DNA from: a virus
Strand: one strand, 5' to 3'
DNA length: 64,000 bases
Virus record (IMG/VR): IMGVR_UViG_3300033182_000538
Coordinates: 102,989 to 166,988 of that record
Below the pieces are notes generated by a model, which was not told the origin of the DNA, made no database searches, and worked only from the letters and a program-made list of their open reading frames with translations. This document shows positions 19,769-27,473 of this stretch, one piece after another (position 1 is the stretch's first letter; the number at the start of each line of letters is the position of its first letter). Made by a program: the position numbers and the translations under genes.

Positions 19769-20551
19769 TTATTTAATAAACTTTTTTCTCGTTGTCATCC
19801 AACTACCATCCATATAAGTTACTTCTGGCCTACCTAATAACTCATCTACTGCTCTTGTAACCCCATCGTGTTGATTATTTTGACCGTAATCGTGTCCAGC
19901 CAAAATCATAGATGTTTTGAATCTATAATCAAAAATATCTTTGTAAATATCTTCATATTTATGAGACCCATCAATGTATATAAAGTCAAAATGACCATCA
20001 ACAAACGAATTTGCTAAATTGTAACTATAATCTCTATGGTAAACAATTTTATTTTTGAACAATCGTGTATTTGTAAAAAAGTCTGACTGAACGCTATTCC
20101 AATCTTCCGTAAATAACTCATTTGCCTCTTCATACCCAGCGTGAGGGTCTATACAATGTATTTCATCAAATAATCCAGAAGCAGCAAACATAAGTGTAGA
20201 TTCACCTTTGTATGACCCAATCTCTAACATTCTTCTACGTTTTCTTGGAGCGTGTATTGTCGGATTTATCCCAGCACCCCTTTGAGTTGTGTCATCAATA
20301 TAAAATTTATTGTGAACATCTTGTAGTAAATGTGTTAATCCAAAAAAATGGTTGTTAAAGTAAAACTTACCAAACCATTCTCGTGGTGGATTGAATCTTA
20401 AACTGTAATTGTTTGGATTTTTCTCTTTAGGTCTAAACGGAAATAGCGGAGATTTCACTTTTTTACCATTCACCTCAGCATCTACTTCTTCAGGCGTATT
20501 GGATGAAAAGCTAATATTGCTAAAATCCTCAATAACTTCTTGTTCTTGCAT
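19769..20551 (-). CDS. Class I SAM-dependent methyltransferase (Methyltransf_24-like)
   Basis: LEIGSYKGES, CIDP, FDFIYIDGSH.YE, AGHDY. Confidence 0.85.
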   Translation of the reverse strand: MQEQEVIEDFSNISFSSNTPEEVDAEVNGKKVKSPLFPFRPKEKNPNNYSLRFNPPREWFGKFYFNNHFFGLTHLLQDVHNKFYIDDTTQRGAGINPTIHAPRKRRRMLEIGSYKGESTLMFAASGLFDEIHCIDPHAGYEEANELFTEDWNSVQSDFFTNTRLFKNKIVYHRDYSYNLANSFVDGHFDFIYIDGSHKYEDIYKDIFDYRFKTSMILAGHDYGQNNQHDGVTRAVDELLGRPEVTYMDGSWMTTRKKFIK

Positions 20552-20558
20552 TATAAAC

Positions 20559-20957
20559 TTATTTTACATCAACTATTCTGAATAGAGATGTTTTTAAAAC
20601 TTTATACCCATCACCATCGGTTAAAATCATAGAATTTCTATAATTTTCCCAATTTACTTGATAGCTTTTATCAACAACCCCACCATTTAGATTTGATATC
20701 AATCTATTAAGAGCGTTGATAGTGTACATTGTATTTGTTTCTTTTTTTCTATGTGTCAATATTGTACTACTTAAAAATTTAGTATTATGATTTGGTATAA
20801 TATTGTAACTCACAACTAATTCGTTTGAAGGAGATAGTTTGAATATGAATATTTTTCTACTATATAAGTCAAATTGATTGATGTCTTGTAATATGGACTC
20901 AAAATTATCTTCATTAGTAAATGTACATAGTAATTGTGTTCTCACCCATATCTCCAA
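20559..20957 (-). CDS. Conserved phage hypothetical protein
   Basis: Clean ORF; motif HRKKETNTMYTINALN. No function recognised. Confidence 0.6.
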   Translation of the reverse strand: MEIWVRTQLLCTFTNEDNFESILQDINQFDLYSRKIFIFKLSPSNELVVSYNIIPNHNTKFLSSTILTHRKKETNTMYTINALNRLISNLNGGVVDKSYQVNWENYRNSMILTDGDGYKVLKTSLFRIVDVK

Positions 20958-22796
20958 TTATTTCTTTAAAAGACCTGTACCTTGGTCTTCCATATCAACG
21001 ATATCATCTTCAAATTTCTTCAAAGCTTTTGGACTCCAATCATCCGTGTTGAACGTACCTTGTTTCAATGCGTGAGCCATAAATGGAGTTTGTGCCATTT
21101 CCATAACAGGAGAAGCTCCTATACCACGAGTTCTACCTTTCATATAAAACAATGGGTACTTTTTATTGTTCTCGTGTTTGAATAATATTTGGCCTGAATC
21201 ATAGTCGATTTCTATCGAATCTTGTATTACTCGATTCAACTCTTCTTTCGAAGTATTTCCTTTTCTTACCTCATTTAGGTCTTCATCTAAAGTTTGTTTG
21301 AATCTTGACCCAAATAATGTGATAAGAGTATTTTCATTTAATACAGCCCCATCAGGGTCAATACCATATGTAGTCATAAACTCATCTACACCACCATCTT
21401 TTATGGTTTCGTTTAATCCTAAAGTTTCAGAGATATGCATTGATTTTATAATGTGAGATTTCATACCTCTTTTAGCATCTTCAGATGAATTTATAGCATC
21501 AAAAGCCCTTTTAGTCAATCCATTATCAGATTCTCTGAGATGTTTGTATTCTTTAACGTGGTAAGTTTGTAGTAATTTAGCGTAAGCTTTTTGCTCATTA
21601 CTATTGGCTGTACCTAATTCGATTTTCTTGATTAAAGTTTGAGGGTCACTAAGTATCTTAAAATAAGTTTCTCTACTCGAACCCATAAATTGTTTTTGGT
21701 CTTGTGGATTTTCTAATAGCTTTTTATATGATTCCTCAATCTCTCTAGCTCCAACTGTACCCGTTACATATTTGAATCTATCTTCCAAATCTTGTTTGTA
21801 TGCATCGATAGACATAGCTTCTGATAACCTTTTGTGGTCATTTGCATTCATTGTACCTTCTAAGTCAGCCAACAATAATTCAGATTGTTTAGCCCATCCA
21901 CCATTATTTAAAAATACAGCACCATCTTTTTTGAGAGATACCCCAATATTTTTACCATCTTTTGTTCTAACGAACATATCCGATGATGTTTCAAGATTTG
22001 GGTCTACACCAATCGCTGTTCTACCTTCTGGCGTATCCCACGATACAGTATCTATATTTTCCGAACCAATTGTTTCACTAATTTTCGTTAAAGTAGCTGA
22101 TGCTGATTTTACCCACTTTTTACCCGATGATGTATTTAGAACGTGGTCTTTTGAATTTACAACTTGGTTGAAATATTCGGAAATTTCTTCAATTGACTTA
22201 CCCTCTTGCATCATTCTAAGCCCTTTATGAACCATAGCTTCACCAGCTCTTGATTCAGCTGTACCAGCACCTACACCTTTTACACCTTTTTGTTTGGCTT
22301 GTGCAGCGGCTTCGGTTTTTGTCATCATCAATTGTTTATCAGTAATTTCGTGGTCTTTTGAGGTAAGTTCTGATTTAGTTTGGTTTGTACTATCTGACCC
22401 TTGTGGTTTATTTGTAGATTTAGCATCTTTCTCAGCTTGAGTCATCATAGCTTCTTGGTCAGATTTAGAAAACTTTTCATCATCTTTCTTTTCTTCACCA
22501 TCAGGTTGTATGGCTGTATACTTATCACCATCCTTTTTAAATCTCTGAGCGTCTTTCTTGTCCTCATCACCCTTTTTAACGTAAACACCCTTACCAACGT
22601 GAGAGTATTTATCATCATCATCGGCTTCTAATAGATTTACAATAAGTTTTTCTGCGATTTCTTCACCCAATAGTTCGGATGCTACTTTATATGTAGCTTT
22701 CAAGGATTCTTCGGTAGTAATACCCTCATTTAAGGATATACCTACTTCATTCCAAACTTTTTTAGCGATGTAATTGATAAGTTTCTTCATAACCAT
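20958..22796 (-). CDS. Hypothetical protein, possible internal head protein with a PD-(D/E)xK-like motif
   Basis: 612 aa with N-terminal LNE/LLE motifs and 'SSDMFVRTKDGKNIGVSLK'. A late-type motif abuts the start; the real start may be 22790. Confidence 0.5.
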   Translation of the reverse strand: MVMKKLINYIAKKVWNEVGISLNEGITTEESLKATYKVASELLGEEIAEKLIVNLLEADDDDKYSHVGKGVYVKKGDEDKKDAQRFKKDGDKYTAIQPDGEEKKDDEKFSKSDQEAMMTQAEKDAKSTNKPQGSDSTNQTKSELTSKDHEITDKQLMMTKTEAAAQAKQKGVKGVGAGTAESRAGEAMVHKGLRMMQEGKSIEEISEYFNQVVNSKDHVLNTSSGKKWVKSASATLTKISETIGSENIDTVSWDTPEGRTAIGVDPNLETSSDMFVRTKDGKNIGVSLKKDGAVFLNNGGWAKQSELLLADLEGTMNANDHKRLSEAMSIDAYKQDLEDRFKYVTGTVGAREIEESYKKLLENPQDQKQFMGSSRETYFKILSDPQTLIKKIELGTANSNEQKAYAKLLQTYHVKEYKHLRESDNGLTKRAFDAINSSEDAKRGMKSHIIKSMHISETLGLNETIKDGGVDEFMTTYGIDPDGAVLNENTLITLFGSRFKQTLDEDLNEVRKGNTSKEELNRVIQDSIEIDYDSGQILFKHENNKKYPLFYMKGRTRGIGASPVMEMAQTPFMAHALKQGTFNTDDWSPKALKKFEDDIVDMEDQGTGLLKK

Positions 22797-22802
22797 AAAT
22801 AT

Positions 22803-24029
22803 CTAAATATTAACCTTAACCATATCTTTATAATTTTCCCCAATTTCCACTTCAGTAGGAAATCCATCAACTTCCATTATTTGTTTTATCCCAACTATAA
22901 ACTCATCTTTATCATCTGGATGTAAGTCAAACAAAAGTGAGTCATATGTATAAAGAATTGGCAAGGAGTTTTCACATAATTGTGATTTTGACAATTTCTC
23001 TAATATAAGTATGTTTCTTTCAGTCTCAACGGCCTGAAGGATATAGTTAAATAGTTTATTTTTGTTCAAATTTGAATCAAAGACTATCTTTCTACCAAGA
23101 ATTGGTGTATATACTTCTTTCTTTAGTAAGAATTCACTCCAAAGGGATTCCACATAATCTGAGGTTTTTTTGAAGAATGGAATATGTTTGTATTCATCTT
23201 GAACACCCCCATATAATTGTCTAAACGTGATTGCCTTTGCATCCTTGAGGTCAGCACCATATTGGTCTGCCAACCATTTGTGTGCTTTGATGTCCAATGG
23301 TATGTCTACACCTATCAATTTAGCAATCAAACGAATGTGATACCCATCAAAGTCTAATTGACATAATTTACCACCCTCAAATCGTGATATAAATCTTTTA
23401 CGAGTATCTCCATCTTTTGGAAGTGCTGCATAGTTGACTCCACCAAAAGTATTAGATGGTCTTGAGGTCGTAGTCAACATATTATATTGTGTATATTCAG
23501 TTATATGTGAATCCGTATAAAGACCCCCCAATTCCACCCAATTGTATGTTTTCGGATATAATTGAGCGAATTTGCTAGGTTTCACATCCACCCACTTCTT
23601 CTTCCACTCTTGGAATTGTTCGTAGTGTTTCCAAATTGGGATGAGGTCGTTTGCTTTGGGTGCTTTCCTTCTTCTGAATATGGTGTAGATGGGTTTTTCC
23701 TCTACATCAAAGTCTCTTGCTTCGTGGAATAGACTCATTTCGAGGTCATACATATTAGGTAGGAAATCGTAGTGGTGTAAGAACTCTTTCATTCCCACTA
23801 TCATCACCTCTTCGAATCGACTGAAGTCTATTCCATCCCAAACACAATCTGCATCTATGTTGTTATAATTCACAAATAGGTCAGTTACCCCATCGGATAT
23901 CAAAACAGCGGATATACGAGTTTGGTGAGGGTGTTTCTCCAAACTGGTTAGAATGGGAAACACCAACACCTTACTTGACAGGGCAGAGATGCGTTTATGT
24001 AATCTTTCGTTTGTATCTACTATCTTCAC
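22803..24029 (-). CDS. Short family A DNA polymerase-like protein
   Basis: TTTSRPS, RKRFISR, motif A LDFDGYHIRL, motif B AKAITFRQLYG, FNYILQA, motif C YTYDSLLFD. Confidence 0.8.
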   Translation of the reverse strand: MKIVDTNERLHKRISALSSKVLVFPILTSLEKHPHQTRISAVLISDGVTDLFVNYNNIDADCVWDGIDFSRFEEVMIVGMKEFLHHYDFLPNMYDLEMSLFHEARDFDVEEKPIYTIFRRRKAPKANDLIPIWKHYEQFQEWKKKWVDVKPSKFAQLYPKTYNWVELGGLYTDSHITEYTQYNMLTTTSRPSNTFGGVNYAALPKDGDTRKRFISRFEGGKLCQLDFDGYHIRLIAKLIGVDIPLDIKAHKWLADQYGADLKDAKAITFRQLYGGVQDEYKHIPFFKKTSDYVESLWSEFLLKKEVYTPILGRKIVFDSNLNKNKLFNYILQAVETERNILILEKLSKSQLCENSLPILYTYDSLLFDLHPDDKDEFIVGIKQIMEVDGFPTEVEIGENYKDMVKVNI

Positions 24030-24034
24030 AAATA

Positions 24035-24066
24035 CTAATATACGAAATTATTCCTTAATATCCAAA
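24035..24066 (-). promoter_or_regulatory. Bacteroidota sigma70-type promoter (likely leaderless mRNA)
   Basis: TTTG-N20-TATATTAG, 5 nt before the GTG at 24029. Confidence 0.65.
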
Positions 24067-24072
24067 TATCTA

Positions 24073-24303
24073 TCACTTTAGATGATATGAGTATTTGTAA
24101 CCACAATCATCATCGTAGTCAGACTCCTCAACTGCGGTGTTAAGATGACCAAGAATTTCGTTCAGTTTAGTAACATCAACTTGTTTCCAATATCCAAATC
24201 TTAGATAGACATCATTATCTCCACCCCAAACTTGACCAATTTCAAAGTCACCAAATACTTGATTGATTTTCTCAAGAACTTTAAAAGCGAGTTTGTTTCT
24301 CAT
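24073..24303 (-). CDS. Small hypothetical protein
   Basis: Third of three tightly packed small ORFs behind the promoter at 24838-24869. Confidence 0.6.
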   Translation of the reverse strand: MRNKLAFKVLEKINQVFGDFEIGQVWGGDNDVYLRFGYWKQVDVTKLNEILGHLNTAVEESDYDDDCGYKYSYHLK

Positions 24304-24306
24304 ATC

Positions 24307-24522
24307 TTATCTATAAAGAGTTACTATTGAACCGAAGTTCTTATCAAACACTTGAAGAAGGTTTTCGTAATCACCACTCTTCATTTCTTCCATAATTTGG
24401 TTACCATCCAACCCCAATTGGGAAGCCAGTTTTTTGGCAGTCCCAAGAAGGAAGAATGCGTTCCCTTGAGGACCTGTTAGGTCAATCTCAATTCCGTTGG
24501 TTTTGGGTTTCTGAACAATCAT
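24307..24522 (-). CDS. Small conserved phage protein
   Basis: 'IDLTGPQGNAFFLLG...MKSGDYENLL' is a motif I recognise from small phage proteins. Confidence 0.65.
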   Translation of the reverse strand: MIVQKPKTNGIEIDLTGPQGNAFFLLGTAKKLASQLGLDGNQIMEEMKSGDYENLLQVFDKNFGSIVTLYR

Positions 24523-24525
24523 ATC

Positions 24526-24798
24526 TTACTTGTTTAGTTCAATCATACTTAGTGGGACATTGTAAGAACCATATCCGTTCAACACCTTGAGAACTGCCTT
24601 AGTTCGGTTAATTTTCTCAACTCGGAGTTGTTTACCCTTCATCTTAGGGTGATTAACACTCACATTAGCACCGACATAAAGTTGTTGCTTCATTTCGTAA
24701 CCTTCTAAGGTTCTCTTACTTTTGATAACTTCAACTACTTTAGAGTTTAACTCCCTTAGTTGTTCAATTGTCATTTGATTTAATTCTGAATAAGTCAT
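24526..24798 (-). CDS. Small hypothetical protein (helix plus SH3-like fold)
   Basis: 'VGANVSV...VEKINRTKAVL...YNVPLSMI'. Confidence 0.6.
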   Translation of the reverse strand: MTYSELNQMTIEQLRELNSKVVEVIKSKRTLEGYEMKQQLYVGANVSVNHPKMKGKQLRVEKINRTKAVLKVLNGYGSYNVPLSMIELNK

Positions 24799-24837
24799 AA
24801 ATTGTTTTTTATATGTTTAACTCTCAATCTTACAGTA

Positions 24838-24869
24838 CTAAAGTACCACTTTTTTTTCACTTTTCCAAA
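24838..24869 (-). promoter_or_regulatory. Bacteroidota sigma70-type promoter starting the early/replication block
   Basis: TTTG-N20-TACTTTAG at the boundary between structural and replication genes. Confidence 0.65.
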
Positions 24870-24889
24870 TTTCTAATGTTAAGAAATTG

Positions 24890-25465
24890 TTAAACTTTTG
24901 CGAACTGAGTTAGATTATTTAGATAAAATTCTAACCCTTCAAAGTCGTTTTTGTATATATTGATGGTTCTTCTATTAGTGTCTATGATACCACTATCCAA
25001 TCCAACATCGTTTAGAGGGCCGGAGATTTTCCACTTTATTTCTAATTTTTGATAATTAGGACTTTCGAATGAGAACCCATCTTCATCAACATCCCATATA
25101 AATGGATTACCCTTCTTTTTTAAAAGATATCGAGTAATGTACCCTACTTTATAATCCTCATCAGTTGGAGTTATTTGAATTGGGTCTGGCACAATCACAT
25201 CAAATTCATAATCCTCAATTTCTTTGATTCTATTGTAATCAAAGTTCTTTTTGATGTTTTGTTCTCTTAAATCAGAATATCTTATTAACTTTACAGATTT
25301 ACCTTTAACGTATTCACTTTCGCTGAAGATTTCGTTTGTGTTAGTGTATATATGATATTGACCAAAATACTCTAACCCATCTTCCGACATTAATTCTTGA
25401 CCACTTGTGTAAAGGCCTTTTTGGATAGCTCCACTTGGATAATATATTCTTTTTCTTCCTGCCAT
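24890..25465 (-). CDS. Hypothetical baseplate-region protein
   Basis: Last ORF of the tail operon; assigned by synteny only. Confidence 0.5.
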   Translation of the reverse strand: MAGRKRIYYPSGAIQKGLYTSGQELMSEDGLEYFGQYHIYTNTNEIFSESEYVKGKSVKLIRYSDLREQNIKKNFDYNRIKEIEDYEFDVIVPDPIQITPTDEDYKVGYITRYLLKKKGNPFIWDVDEDGFSFESPNYQKLEIKWKISGPLNDVGLDSGIIDTNRRTINIYKNDFEGLEFYLNNLTQFAKV

Positions 25466-25467
25466 AA

Positions 25468-27156
25468 TTATGCATCCAACATCATTGTACCTGTTATATC
25501 AGTTGTCCAATCACCACCACTAAATTCGTGACCAATTTTTGTAACAACAAAATATGCTTTTTTCAATCTACTTGGTAATCTATCAAGTGTAAAGTTACTA
25601 CCAAACTGAGCACCAAAATATCCATCACAAGTAAAACTAACATCTAAACCATACATTATATTTGGTTGAAAAGTATCAGATTTTGATTTTACATATGCTG
25701 ATAATGCGTTTTTTACTGTAGTGATTTCTTGTTCATCAATTTTATCACCAAGAGTAGCCATAGCATCTTTTAAGTCTTTAGCAACTTCATTATTATTCAC
25801 CGCATCAGGATAACAATTCTTGTACACCTTATCCAATTGTTTACTACCTTGACCAGATTGAGCTGCATTTAATGCCATACCTATTAATTCCGAATCCAGG
25901 TTGGATGATACATTTACATTTCGTATACCATTTTTATATCCAGCTTTTACAGATATTGATGTAACATCACCACGTTGGATAGCAGTACCTCTATTTGCAA
26001 CAAAAAATTTGTCTCCTTGAGATTTAGATAAAGATGGGTCATTATATAAGAACATTTTAAGATACCCACCTGTTAAGTCAGAAATCTTTTGGAATATTTT
26101 ATTTAAAAATGCTGTTGTAGCTGGTTTTGGTTTTACCCCACCCCCACCAGGGTCGGTTAACTGATTCCATACATTACTTATCATTGGAATGGCTAACCAC
26201 AAACTACCAGCAATACCGCTATTGGTCAAAGCACTATAATCAGCGTTTGGGCCATATTCAGCAGACCAACCACATACCATTTCTAATGGATTTGCTGATT
26301 GAATCTCAGATGGTGGGCTTCCATTTGGTACTGTTAATTTTGATGTATCAAATTTAACTTTCGCCCCCTTTGATGATGAATTTTCATTGATTTTATCAAT
26401 TAAATATTGTAAAGTAACGTATGATATATTATTATCATTGTTTTGCCACCAACTCATATCCATTTGGTGATTTACTAAACCAATATTACCCACAACCTTA
26501 GCCTTACCATCCTTAGCTTTAGTTTTTACTTGAGAAGCTTCTCCTACTAAATTACCTATAATATCTTTTGGAACAGTTTCATCTCCACTTTCAGGGTCTT
26601 TGTAGTTATTGATTTTTTTAGTATCAGCCGATAATGTTAAGAAATCCGCTGAAAGTACTGAATCCATAACACCACCAAGTTTGATAGTAATATCATAACT
26701 CAAGTCATAATTTATACTAAAATTAAACCCAACAACATCACCTTGAATTGTTTCTAAACCAGTTCCTGCGTATCCGATACCAATGTTACATCTATGTCCA
26801 GGGGTCATAAATGTTTTTTCAATTTCATCAAAGTCTGATGAGTTATAACATTTTAACTTTACATCAGCTTGGAATAACATAGCGTCTTCAATATTCTGAC
26901 CACCATCGTTTGAAATAGAAATTGATTCTAAACTTGGAGCGGCTGTAACCCTACCACCTTCAGATGATAATAACTCTGAGTGTTTTTTCTTTACATCACT
27001 TTCTATTGATTTTATAGTACCACTACATTTACCAATTCCACCACCAACATATGTTAGTTTAGCAAAGGCACGTTTATGAACACCCACTCCCTTTATAGTA
27101 GTAGATTCCATTCTTTGAGTTGGAGATTTTAATCCTGATTGGCCGAAAACACCCAT
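25468..27156 (-). CDS. Probable baseplate hub protein
   Basis: Follows the LysM-like gene. The C-terminal 'FVVTKIGHEFSGGDWTTDITG' is typical of gp27/hub-type proteins. Confidence 0.6.
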   Translation of the reverse strand: MGVFGQSGLKSPTQRMESTTIKGVGVHKRAFAKLTYVGGGIGKCSGTIKSIESDVKKKHSELLSSEGGRVTAAPSLESISISNDGGQNIEDAMLFQADVKLKCYNSSDFDEIEKTFMTPGHRCNIGIGYAGTGLETIQGDVVGFNFSINYDLSYDITIKLGGVMDSVLSADFLTLSADTKKINNYKDPESGDETVPKDIIGNLVGEASQVKTKAKDGKAKVVGNIGLVNHQMDMSWWQNNDNNISYVTLQYLIDKINENSSSKGAKVKFDTSKLTVPNGSPPSEIQSANPLEMVCGWSAEYGPNADYSALTNSGIAGSLWLAIPMISNVWNQLTDPGGGGVKPKPATTAFLNKIFQKISDLTGGYLKMFLYNDPSLSKSQGDKFFVANRGTAIQRGDVTSISVKAGYKNGIRNVNVSSNLDSELIGMALNAAQSGQGSKQLDKVYKNCYPDAVNNNEVAKDLKDAMATLGDKIDEQEITTVKNALSAYVKSKSDTFQPNIMYGLDVSFTCDGYFGAQFGSNFTLDRLPSRLKKAYFVVTKIGHEFSGGDWTTDITGTMMLDA

Positions 27157-27168
27157 AACAAAATTACC

Positions 27169-27471
27169 TTAAACTTCTATGTTATTTAGGTCTTTGTATT
27201 CTTGAATGATAAGTTGAACATCAGATGGAATTCTAAGTTGAATACCAACTTTAGGAAACAAAGAACCTGTATTAATATTGTTTGCTCTTGCGATTATCCA
27301 CCATAAACTTGGGTCTTTATAATACTCCCAAGATAAGTTATCCAATCGGTCACCATATGATGTGATTATATAAGTATCAGATATCTTTGGCGTAATTATC
27401 GGATATACGACTGTGTTGGTAGACCTTCTACCATCAACTTTTGTTCTTTCTATATCTTTATATCGTTTCAT
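27169..27471 (-). CDS. LysM-like baseplate wedge protein (gp53/tail X-like)
   Basis: GDRLDNLSWEYYKDPSLWWIIARANN...LRIP. Confidence 0.8.
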   Translation of the reverse strand: MKRYKDIERTKVDGRRSTNTVVYPIITPKISDTYIITSYGDRLDNLSWEYYKDPSLWWIIARANNINTGSLFPKVGIQLRIPSDVQLIIQEYKDLNNIEV

Positions 27472-27473
27472 AC

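Noticed and set aside
24877-24893. TGTTAA-N5-TGTTAA direct repeat upstream of the 24838 promoter
   Set aside because: It occurs once in AT-rich DNA, which is not enough to call an operator.
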